Of a stretch of DNA of 51,582 nt, positions 23,348 to 35,300 are shown one piece after another (within the stretch, counting starts at the first letter, position 1; every line of letters starts with the position of its first letter). The stretch is from Elsinoe ampelina (taxonomy: Eukaryota). A program made the translations under genes and the position numbers. The stretch lies in NCBI GenBank assembly GCA_010093995.1, contig ML992514.1:283437-335018 (forward strand). The letters run 5' to 3'. The notes under the pieces are model-generated. The model was given only the letters and a program-made list of their open reading frames with translations. It had not been told where the DNA came from and did no database searches.

Positions 23348-26300
23348 CTACTCAGGCGCACTAGTCGTCGCACCCACCTGCACCACCCCATCACTCCCCG
23401 TACACCTCCCCGGCGCCACCGTGGTATCACACGTCACCGTGAAACCCGGACTCACCGCCCCAACCTCCTGATAACTCCACTGGACATGATCCCACCCGCC
23501 ATCGTCCCTCCCGCCCTGAATCCCAATCCCCGCCGTCACCCCGTCGTTACTACTCTCGTCCCCCGTGCCACCTCCCGACGTCGTCCCGCTGCCTCTCCCG
23601 CCTGTGACGCGGTACTCGTACGTCACTACCCCCGGTGTGGAGGTGGAGTAGATCGCCGAGAAGATGTACAGCTCGTAGGTGCCGGCGCGGGAGAGGACCC
23701 AGGTGATGTTGGCTTGGGTCGGGGAGGCGGAGGGGGAGAGGGTGTAGTATATCCCTTGGGCGAGACCGGTGGTGGCGGCCGGGTTGGTGGTGGACGTGTC
23801 GGAGGTGCGGGAGAGGTAGATGTAGAGGTCGTCGAAGAAGGGGAGGAGGGAGGTCGGGGGAAGTTCGTCGTCCGGGACGGGGAGGACGTCGTAGGCTGTT
23901 GTCCCTTCGAGGAGGGAGAGGACCTAGGGGCAAGGTTAGTGGGGGTTGGGAAAGGGGAGGCAGGGGACGTACGCCGTTGCTGTTGGGGTAGATGAGGTTG
24001 GTGGTCGTGCCGTAGATGGTCATTTCGAAGGGGAGAGTGAGCTCGCAGAAGCCGTCGTCGGTGTCTTGGAGTGAGCCGTAGTTTTGGACGATCGGACAAG
24101 GGGTGGGAGTGAGAGGGTTGGTGTTGACTGCTGCGGAGGTTGAGGTTGGGGTGCTGCTTGTGGTGGATGTGCGGGAGACAGGTCCACCTGGAACACGGAC
24201 CGCGACTTGAATGTAGGGGGAGTTGGAGCGGGAGATCGTGCCTACATTGGCCTTGAGGTAGCAGTTGCCGAATTCTTGAGTTTCGTCCGGGAAGTAGGTG
24301 AGCCCGTTACAGATCTCGTCATTCGAGCACTGTGCGAGGCAGGTCTGCAAACCACCTCCTGACGCTGGGTAGGTACGGTAAGATCCACCATCGCTATCAC
24401 CCTGACAAGTAATCTGGTACTGATAGCCTTGCGCGTCAGATATGGTTTCGCCGTCAATGTTCGGGCACTGAGATGGATCAGTCGAGATGGGTGCACCTGG
24501 CTCGAGAGTACTGGTAGGCGCAGAGGAGGTCGTGGAAGGAGGTACATAGCCATTCAAAGTAGAGCTAGAGGAGCTGATTGTCGAAGTTGTAGTCTCGCCA
24601 GGGTAGCCAGGTAGGTTGATGGTGGAGCTCGAGCTCGATGAAGGCGCTTCGTAGTCGGGTAGGCTTGTAGACGTCGTCGGTCCTTCGTAGCCGGGCAGAC
24701 TAGTAGTCGATGCCTCGTATCCTGGAAGACTGGTGGTAGCGCTGGACGAGGGGCTGAGAACTGTGGACTCTCCAGGATAGCCAGGCAGAGAGATGCTGGA
24801 CGACGTTGCCGCAGCACTGCTGGAACTCGTGGAAGTCAACCCGCCATAGTCGGGAAGATTGACAGTAGATGATGTCGTCATCATGGCAGATGATGAAGAC
24901 TCGCCAGGGTATCCAGGCAATCGGAAGCTGGATGACGATGAGCTGGTCGAAGCAGAGGATTGACCAGGATAGCCGATCAGTCCACCACTTGTGCTTGGTT
25001 GAGGCTGGCCTGAAGACATGGATAATGTCATCTCCATAGATCTGGTCACGGTGCCTACACCTGGTGTGATCCGAATGGCCGATACCAGATTTGGATTTCC
25101 AGGCTGGAATGACATTGGACCGCTCTTGAGGTAACAGGTACCGCCGGGGCCTAGTCCATTGGGTCCACCCGAATAGGTGAAGCCTGCACAGCCGGCAGAA
25201 TTATCGCACAGCTCGAAGCAGTAATTGAAGTCGCCCGGAGAGCCTATCGCGACGTAAGAGATTGGAGTTGCATCATAAGCGCAGCCGAGGCGGTACTCGA
25301 TGCCGTTGCTGTCACGAACGACTGAGCCTGATCGATCTGGGCAAGTTGCTGGTGTGTCTACTACGCTCTGATCAGGGGGGTAGGAGCTCAGAGAAGCAGA
25401 GACGGTGGGCGTCACGGTGGACGCCGACTCTTGCTGATTCGAATTTGGTGTACTAGAAGGAGCAATATAATCTGTGGTCGGCACAGAGCCACCAGGGTAC
25501 CCCGATAGCGACGGAGGTGGAGCGGACGAGCTGTACCCTGGCAAGTTCGAGGACGGACCAGCACTGGCAGATGACTCTGACCCAGGATTCCTGTCGCAGA
25601 GACCATACCCGCTCTGGCAGCCGACTCCGCAATAATCGGCAGAGGCACCACAGAAACCGTACACGCTGCCTATAATCTCGTCAGAATATGAATGCGCAGC
25701 TGAGGGTGGATGACTTACAGCAGCTTCCAGAGAAGGCACCAATGCAGGTATATCCGTTTTCCGAACCACAAGAGCCATCGGGAGTGGCATTTGAGGGGAG
25801 TGGGCTTGGGCTGCTTGTTGTAGAGCCTCGCGTGCTTGAAGCACCAGGCTGGTAAGACGGACCAGTGTAGCCTGAGGGCGTGCTCACCGGTGCTGACTCT
25901 CCTGGCTGGTAGGAAGGACCAGTGTATGCAGGAGGCGATGAGGCAGCAGAGCTGGCGGATCTCGTGGACTCGTAAGGGTAGCCAGTGAGACCACCGGTAG
26001 GCTGAGCGCCAGAAGGTACTGCACATACATTAACCCTGGGGTTTTGGTTTTCGTAGGTGCTTTCTTACCTGGCTCAGCAGCAAGCCTCACGCTGCTCCAA
26101 CTTCGCTCTGGCTCCATCGGTCCAACGAGCTTGGCCAAGATACGAGCATTCTCGAGGAGGTTAGGCGGAAGCTTGTAGAATTGAGCGACGCCATCCGTGA
26201 AGTTGCCATTCCGCCATGACAAAGTCCCGTTGTTGACGATGAAGGTCCTGGAGATGGCGCCCATCGCATTCGAGACGGCGAAAGGCTCCACAGATTGACC

Positions 26301-26671
26301 AACATCTGCAGATGCGTAGAGGCCGTTTGATGTATAGAGCTGCCCATTCCGGAGTTGGTACTGGCCTGCTAGACTTGGTCGTGTAGTGGTATTGCCATTC
26401 GGCAACAGCCACGAGGCATCGGCATACGAGTCTTGAGCATATCCAGACGGGTCTCTGAGCTCAATTCTGATCACAAAAGGTGCCCCGACATTCACAATCT
26501 GGTCGTTCCATTCTACTGGATAGACTGGGATGATAGATTGGACAGTGGTGGTCCTTTGACTGAGTGTTGGAGATGTTGAGCAGACCCTTGTAGTCACGGT
26601 GATGGTTTGCTGTGATCGTACAAGTGTGTATAGAGCGCTGAGTGTAACAAGTGCACTATGAGGTCGCACCA
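23348..26671 (-). CDS. Secreted mucin-like protein with a hevein/CBM18 domain, two PAN/Apple-like domains and a C-terminal NIDO-like domain; introns 26019-26068, 25670-25718, 23924-23972
   Basis: Signal-like MVRPHSALVTLSALYTLVRS. Spliced CG...C...CCSVYGFCG...YCGVGCQSGYGLC (CBM18). Two C...CD/CS...C.G.TY...CYLK modules and S/T-rich linkers. The NIDO-like call (YPNSNGVLS...PFFDDL) is tentative. Confidence 0.75.
24545..25545 (-). repeat. Degenerate coding repeats L-[PSIN]-[GD]-Y-[PESGV] separated by Ser/Thr runs
   Basis: LPGYSS, LSGYPG, LIGYPG, LPGYPG (x3), LPDYGG, LPGYEA, LPGYEG, LPDYEA and LNGYVP in the translation. Confidence 0.8.
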
Positions 26672-27271
26672 TATTTGGTTCGTCTCGAAAGGTAATGACA
26701 GACTGAGTGAGGAGAGCAGAACGTGCGACTTGTCGATAGAAACGAGAGTTGATGCAGAGACATGTTGAATGTGTACCTCCTGGCCGACGTGCCGTGGCCA
26801 CGAGGAATGAAAACAAAAGACCTACCAAGACGGGATAGTGTGATTGTGGAATGTGGCCATGTTGGGTCGAGAGTTGAAGTGGTTCCTAGCAGGTCTCGTC
26901 CTTGAAAGGCACGAGTCTGTGATCTATGCGTCTTCTGCTGACGCGTATGTTCCGTGGTTGTCAAGTTTTGAAGAGGGAGAGCGAAAGGAAATGACAGAGT
27001 CCTGTCAAATTGTTAGCAAGTCCAACCCACGTGACCAGCTTTTCTCCAACTCCCCACCCAGTCAGCCAGGTGGCATGATTCTATCACATTGCAAAATCAA
27101 GACGCAAGTGTAAATGAAGGTAACATCAATTCGTGGTTCAATTGGTCAATTACTCTAAATGAAAAGGGACTGCTAATAACTCCGAGTTTGCCATTGGGCC
27201 ATTGGTCGCCAATTTGCGTATCCACTCCCGTTCATTCATCCTGCCACTGTATGTGCTTGCTCTTTTGTAGT

Positions 27272-29000
27272 TTACAAGAAGATCATGGCAGAGCCAGATA
27301 GTACCGCAACAAAGACGTAGACACCAACGCTGATCACCCCGTTGAAAGACACGTGCTGCATGCCCATAGGGGTAGCGGCGCCAGAGGAGCTGCTAGAACC
27401 GGAGCCACTGGTGGGGCGAGCAGACACGGTGCCAGTACCAGCGGTGCCGGCCTGTGCAATGAGAGAAGAGCAGCTGCCGCCGCCGCTGGAGGCCGACTTT
27501 ACGGAAGCGGCGCCACCAAAGTTGCAGGCGTTGGCATTCTTCTTCTGAGCTTGGTAGTAGGCGTTGAATGCGAACGAGAGCTGCTCGGTGGCATTGCACA
27601 TTCCGTAGGCACCAAAAGCACCGTTGGAGGAGTTGGTGTTGATGCCAGCACAAGGGCTACCAGACATGCCGCAGACAGTACTGAATAACTGACTGAAGTC
27701 CTCATCGGCGATGCTGGAGCTGGCCACACACTCGACGCTCTGGACCATGCACGAGCACAACTCCTGGTTGGGCGTGGGTGGCAGAGGAGAAGCGGCAGCA
27801 GCCCATTCGCTACCAACGGTAGGGCAAGCAGCTGGGCTGTTGGTGGGGCTGTAAGAGGCAGAGTTGACACCGGTTGGGGTGGCAGAGCGCATGCGGCTTG
27901 ACAGAGCAGTGAAATCCGGGAGCTTGCTGGCGGAGTTGCCGCTGACGGAGACGAGACCTGGGGAATGATTAGTATTGTTCCCTTGACAGATGGACTGCGA
28001 TTCTTACCATAGTTGTTGGCTTCCTGGAAGTACATGTACACAATGCCACCGGACCAGACATCGTTCATTTGAGAGCCGTAGAGAGCACCGACCTCGGAGA
28101 ACTCACGAGGAGAGGGCGTGTTGCAACCGTATTCAGCGAAGAAGACGGGAACAGAATAGGTGCTGAACTCCTCGGTGCGGACGTCGTAGCCAGACTCTTG
28201 GAAGGAAGAGTCACCGCACCACGAGTAGATGTTGTAACCCCAGAAATCAATGGCGGCGCTCTGGTCGTCACCACAGTTGAAGTAGTTGGCCATGTTCTCG
28301 CGGATATCAGCATCGTCGTTGGTGGCGTAGCCGACACCAATGGTTCGGTAGTTCTTGTCGCGGATGTATGCCTTTGTGTCACGGACAGCAGCCTTGACGA
28401 AAGCACTAGCCTGTGTGTTGTTTGGGGCGTTGGAGACTTCGTTTCCAGCAAAGAAACCCATGACGTTGGAGTATTGAGCCATGCTGTCAACGACAGCGGT
28501 GTAGCGAGCGTAGAGGTTGTCGTTCCAGGAAGGAGAGTTGCGGTTGATGGACTGAGCAGGCTCGGACAAATCAGCTACGACGTAGATGCCGGCATCGTTG
28601 AGGAGCTGCATGCACGCATCGTGGTTGGCTGTCGGATCAAGAGCGTAGACACGAATGGTGTTTGTCCGGAGCTCTGCAAGAAGAGGCACATCACGACGGC
28701 ACGCGGCCTCATCTGCGAGAGGGTCACGGTAACCTTCGGAAGTGGCATCGCCGCTCTCCAGGGAGGAGCTGTTAGTAGAAAACTCCTGCTGGTATGCAAC
28801 ACCCCTCATGTAGCTGTTATGCGTGTTAGTACCCTGCTCTTGACGATCCAAGCTTCTCAAACATACAATTGAGTACCATTGCCGCCGTAGAAGAATTTGG
28901 AGCCCTTGATAACGAGCGAGTCGATAGGGTTTTTGATAGCAGCGACGGCCGTCGAGGCAAGACCAGCTGCCACCAGGGCGGTTGATGCGAAGGAGCGCAT
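27272..29000 (-). CDS. GH72 beta-1,3-glucanosyltransferase (Gas/Gel) with X8/CBM43 domain and GPI signal; introns 28814-28866 and 27958-28007
   Basis: Signal peptide, FYMRGVAYQ, catalytic FAGNEV and FAEYGC, YNIYSWC, Cys-rich X8 domain and hydrophobic C-terminal tail. Confidence 0.95.
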
Positions 29001-32000
29001 CTTGTGTGTTGAGAGATAGGTTTTGATATGGATTGGTGAAAGGTCCGGAAACGCGTTGAGACCAGACGAGTAGATCTGCTTTCTATTCAAAAGTGGTAAT
29101 TATGAGAAGACTTGAAATCTCGGAAAGGTGTATAATTAGCAGCTCGCAGCTGTGAACGAGTGTGTAAAGAAGGACTCTGGTTGGGATGAGGACGAAGAAG
29201 GTGGAATGGAGATTGTGAGATGATTGTTCTTGCAGGATGTAGACAGTTCAAGGGGAAAAAAGGCCACCAAACGGGGGCAAAGCCTCAAAGCGCAGGAGAT
29301 GGCAGGCCGTGCGCAACTTCCACGCATAAGCGCGCCGAATGAACGACGAGGCCTTCGGGCAGAGCTCATCCCACCCACAAATCTGCGGCACTGGAATCTC
29401 AGGGGCCGTCTGCGATTGGGCGAGAAGGTCGTGTTGATTCTAAGGATCTACACCGGCTCGACGGCAATTTCGGACACGCAAGCTGATTGAGTCCAGGCTG
29501 GTAAGGCCTCACGTATGCTATTGAAGACTGGTGGGATTCAGTTAGCTTAGAAGGCCGAAAAAGCCTGCATCATTCTGTCGATTTGGTGACCGGGCGAGGA
29601 GGCCATCGTCTTTCCAAACATCCGAATTGTATTGGGAAAGGGCATGCCAAGGGTCAACAAAGGCAGATCTCGACGGAGCTTGACTTTCTTGTCACGCATG
29701 CAAATTTGGATCGACGCGGCTTGCTCCATAAATTTTTGTTGCCCTGAAACGTCTCGCACGCAGCTCTTCAGCCTTCCAGAGCAGAAGAAGCGCCAAGGTC
29801 CAGACTGTGAGAGCCCATGGGCTGAGAGCCTCGTCTGTGTTTGTCCTCCAGGACAAGGACATAGTACAGCAGACGTCATGGTCGAGAATCCATGTCTACA
29901 TTGGTGAGATGGACATTCGATTGAAAGTATGGGCCACCATGTATCATCCTCCAACTCGTGTCTCACAGGTGACTGCCTCTAGAGTGCATCAGGGCATGTA
30001 TCACTGTTTCAGTCTATAGCATGTTGACGTCGTTCCTCCGGGTACGTCTTCGGTCCGTATTCACCGTCAACTCTATCGATTACCATTCTTGCGCCTCAAG
30101 GCGTGCGTAAGCTCCCGGGAGGAGGAGGTTGCGGCTCTAAACCCAGTCGGTCAAGCAAGCAAGCTGTCTGAACGCATGAACTTGTGGAGCCAGCACAGTG
30201 TGCCACCACGGACAACGGTAGGATATGCAGAACTTTCTGCACGGCGGGGAATTCACCGAGCAACCACAGGTCATGATGATGCCGTGTCGATTGTGGCAAC
30301 ATGGATCTACAGGTCGGCAACAAAGTAGTCTTGCTGGCAGTCCTCGTGACAGTACGGGACCGCGCGTTGCTGCAATACATGTGTCTACTGTACTATACAT
30401 GCACGATTGAATGAAGACTTGGTCTTACAGAGGCCATCATCGGGAGGCTTCACAACAGGACAGTACTCCGAGAGCATGTCAGTAGTCTATTGAAAAGTCC
30501 TTATCTCCACGGCTTGGTCAGCACAAAATGTACAATCAGGATAAATATACTGACCACGCTCATGATTGGATGGCGGGAAATAAAGTGACAGGAGGCAAAT
30601 TGCGCTTCTTGCCTTGTCGAGACATCTGACGCCGCGCAATATGGATTGGTGGGGACACTATAGATAGAAGTGCTGCCAACTTTGCCACGAAGTTCACGAA
30701 CCGAGATTATTGTCCTGGGCGCAGCACATCCTCACATCTTGACCAACAGCGAGACTCTGTTCCCGAGGTCTCAAGGTCTCAGTAGTGTGGGCCATTTCTC
30801 AATCAAAATGATGGCAGAGGCTGTCAAGTGTCAGTGAGCGACTGAGAGAGCTGCCATGAAATTTCTTCTCGAATGCTTGTTTCTCATGTTCCTGTGCAAC
30901 ATCATCGTCGATTCCGAGCTGAGCACGAATGTTGGGGCCGATAAGCGCGAGACTATCAAGACCATCAAGCCCGGCACTGAGTTACAAACCGGGATCTGCC
31001 CGCCGCCATGTCTGGGATTGGGAATTGACATGTCGCCGCCGCGGATCCCCCAGCTGCCGTATTGTGTGTTTCTGGTAAGCGCAACTTTTTTCAAGAAAAA
31101 TTGTTGACAGCTGAGAGATGAGGCTTGAGAGCTGAGATGAAGTCCCGCGCTGGAATCCCCGTCTCGTCCACGTCAAACTCAACCTCTTGTTTTAGTCTTT
31201 CTTGGCGCCATCTTGCTTTTGGAGAATCTGCTGCCGCCTCATCCCGGGACCTGCAGCAGACGCAATGATTTGCGCGCCGCCTCTGATGCTCATCGACAGA
31301 GGTGCAGATTTCGGTCCGAGTAAGCTAGCCCGTTAAGGCCGTGTCGTTTGTTTGTCGCGCTGGAAGCAGTCTGTGCCGTGTGTGGAAAAGTCAAGCAATC
31401 GCGTGTGTGTGGATATTCCTGAAACGCTCGAACCCCCCTAAGTCGATCCGCGCCCCAAGGTTCTGCCCCTTTCCCGCTGCCAGTCCTGCCACTCGTCCCC
31501 CCCGACTCGAGACTCTGACGCTTGGTTGGGAACTCGATTGCGTACCTACCGCTTTGTCTTGCCCGTGCCCGTGGTCTGTGGCTTTCCAACGACGAAGCCA
31601 GAGTCTGCGCCCGAGGACGTGCCTTTGAGAGAACCAAACTCTGAGAGACAACCACGGCCAGATCTACCATTGCCCGTTCTTGCTTCTTCTCTCCTCCAGC
31701 TTCACAGACTGCGAGAACGTCGAGGAGAGACGCAGCAGCGAACAACAATCAACATACGAGGGACAAGAGGATTGGCGACGATCTCCCTCTAGTGGACTTC
31801 CTTCAGTACGAGCTCAAGGCCCTGGTTTCTTGGACCTTTTGGAGCCAAAGCACGAAAGCACCGCGTCTCGGAGACAAACCAACCTAGCAGAGCCGCAGCT
31901 GCCAATCACAGCCCAAACTCGCTCCTCACCCTTTTTTCTCTCCTCGCCCTGCACGCCGTCTCACCCAGCAACACTTCCTCTTCCACGCCTTGCATACCCT

Positions 32001-32375
32001 GCACTTGTCAATTCCCGCCTGTCGACCACATTCGTTTTGAATTCACTGCGTGTCCGCCAGGAAAAGAACGAGTCGGTCGCGCTTCACCACGTGGGTTTCG
32101 GGAGTCTCCTTCGCGCTCTCCACGTCCGACAGTCTCTATCGACAACAACGTCCACTTGCATTCGCAGCCCTTCACCTTCTCGAGCCAACTACCAATTCAT
32201 CGTTCACCACCTTTCAATTCAATTAATTTACAATCGTCGCCGAATGAACTTCGTTTAGGTCAGTGATTCCCCAGCAGAAGATCAGCTCCGCAGCCTCGTC
32301 TGCCACGCCTACTGGTTTCACAAACATTGCCCATGCTGACTTTTCACGCAGTAATCTTGTATCATAATCACAACC

Positions 32376-35300
32376 ATGGCTCATCAAGGCGGCGGTGGCC
32401 ATTACGATGATGGCTACGGCCATCAACCACAGCAGCAGCAGAATGATGGCTACTACCATGATGATCAGAACCAGGCCTACTATGACCACAACCAGGGCTA
32501 TGCCCAGAACGATGGCTATTATGATGATGGGTATGTGACACACGAAATCACATCGCAGTGCATAGCTGACATGATACAGCTACTACAACGAGCAGCAGGG
32601 TGGTCCTTACCAACAAGATGGCTATTACGACGCCGGCCAGCAAGGTTACCAAGACGAGTACTACAACGACCAATATTACGACCAAGGTGCCGGCGCTGGT
32701 GGTCAACAGAACTACAACAACCGCAACGGCAATGGCTACGGCCAGAGGCGAGGACGTCGTGGTGACTCTGAGGAAGATTCGGAAACATTCAGCGACTTCA
32801 CCATGAGGTCAGACATGGCTCGTGCAGCTGAGATGGACTACTACGGCCGTGGTGATGAGCGCTACAACAGCTACAACGATGGCCAGGGTCGCGGATACCG
32901 CCCTCCATCTTCTCAGATCTCGTACGGTGGCAATCGCTCCTCCGGGGCTTCCACTCCCGTCTATGGCATGGACTACACAAACGCTCTTCCTGCAGGTCAG
33001 CGATCGCGAGAGCCATACCCAGCCTGGACCTCAGATGCTCAAATCCCTCTGTCCAAGGAGGAAATTGAGGACATCTTCCTCGATCTGACCGCCAAATTCG
33101 GTTTCCAGCGTGACAGCATGCGCAACATGTTCGACCATCTCATGACGCTGCTTGACTCTCGCGCTTCCCGCATGTCTCCCAACCAGGCTCTTCTCTCCCT
33201 CCATGCCGACTACATTGGAGGCGAGAACGCCAATTACCGCCGCTGGTACTTTGCCGCTCACCTTGATCTTGATGATGCAGTCGGTTTCGCCAACATGAAG
33301 CTCGGAAAGGCCAACAGAAGAACCCGCAAGGCCCGCAAAGCTGCCAAGAAGGCCGCCCCTCAGAACGAGGAGCAGACTCTTGAGAGCCTCGAGGGCGACA
33401 ACAGTCTGGAAGCTGCCGAGTACCGATGGAAGTCTCGCATGAACAAGATGTCTCAGCACGACCGCGTCCGTCAGCTGGCTCTTTTCCTCCTTTGCTGGGG
33501 TGAAGCCAACCAGGTCAGGTTCATGCCCGAGGCACTCTGCTTCGTTTTCAAGTGCGCCGACGACTTCCTCCACTCGCCCGCGTGTCAGAACCGGGTTGAG
33601 CCAATCGAGGAGTTCACCTTCTTGAACAATGTCATCACACCTCTCTACCAATATTGCCGTGACCAAGGCTACGAGATCTATGATGGCAAGTACGTCCGCA
33701 AGGAACGTGACCACAACAACATCATTGGTTACGACGATATCAATCAGCTCTTTTGGTACCCTGAGGGTATTGAGCGTCTCAGCTTTGAGGATAAGTCCCG
33801 CTTGGTTGACCTGCCACCTGCTGAGAGGTACGAGCGTCTGAAGGACGTCGTCTGGAAGAAGGCATTCTTCAAGACCTACAAGGAGAATCGTTCCTGGCTT
33901 CACGCCCTTGTCAACTTCAACCGTATTTGGGTCATCCACGTGGGCGCTTTCTGGTTCTACACAGCCAAGAACTCCCCAACTCTCTACACCGACAACTACC
34001 AACAGCAGCTTGACAATCAACCTCCTGCTGCGACTTCCTGGTCTGCAGTTGCTCTTGGTGGCGCAATTGTGACGCTCATCAACATCTTTGCCACGCTTTG
34101 CGAATGGATGTACGTCCCGAGACGCTGGGCTGGCGCTCAGCACTTGACAAAGCGTCTTCTGTTCCTCCTGGTTATCTTCGCCATCAACGTCGGCCCATCA
34201 GTCTACATCTTCGGAATCAGCCGGACCAGCCGAATCGCTCTCATCCTCGGTATTGTCCAGTTCTTGATTGCGTTGGCCACATTCCTGTTCTTCTCCATTA
34301 TGCCTCTTGGTGGTCTCTTCGGCAGCTACCTGACTGGCAAGTCCCGTCAGTATGTGGCCAGTCAGACATTCACTGCAAGCTACCCGCGTCTTCACGGCAA
34401 CGACATGTGGATGTCTTACGGTCTCTGGGTCATGGTCTTTGGAGCCAAGCTTGCGGAATCGTACTTCTACCTGATCTTGTCCATTCGCGACCCTATCAGA
34501 ATTCTGTCCACGACACCCATTAACTCCTGTTTGGGTGATGCAATCTTCGGCGATGTTCTCTGTTTGCAACAGCCAAAGGTCCTCTTGATCATCATGTACG
34601 TCACGGACCTGTTCCTGTTCTTCTTGGATACCTTCTTGTGGTACATCATTTTGAACACGGTCTTCTCCGTTGCCAGGTCCTTCTACCTTGGTGTTTCTAT
34701 CTGGACCCCCTGGAGGAATATCTTTTCTCGTCTACCCAAGCGTATTTACTCCAAGGTTCTGGCTACCACCGACATGGAGATCAAGTACAAGCCCAAGGTT
34801 CTCATCTCCCAGATCTGGAACGCCATCATCATCTCTATGTACCGTGAGCACTTGCTCGCCATCGACCATGTCCAGAAGCTCCTCTACCATCAGGTTCCGT
34901 CCGAGCAAGAAGGCAAGCGCACTCTTCGTGCTCCTACCTTCTTCGTCTCTCAGGAAGATCACTCTTTCAAGACCGAGTTCTTCCCCACCCAGAGTGAGGC
35001 CGAGCGTCGTATCTCCTTCTTTGCTCAGTCACTCTCTACGCCCATTCCAGAGCCGGTTCCTGTCGACAACATGCCTACTTTCACCGTCATGATCCCTCAC
35101 TACAGCGAGAAGATTCTCCTCTCTCTGCGCGAGATCATCCGCGAGGACGAGCCATACTCCCGCGTCACCATGTTGGAATACCTCAAGCAGCTTCACCCTC
35201 ACGAGTGGGATTGCTTCGTCAAGGACACCAAGATTCTGGCTGATGAGACTTCTCAATTCAATGGCGATTACGAGAAGACCGACAAGGATACTCAGAAGAG

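Noticed and set aside
29100..32240. Many 60-190 aa ORFs and short repeats (AGGTCTCA x2 near 30766) between GH72 and FKS1
   Set aside because: No coding signature; consistent with promoter and long leader sequence, and the repeats are too short to call.
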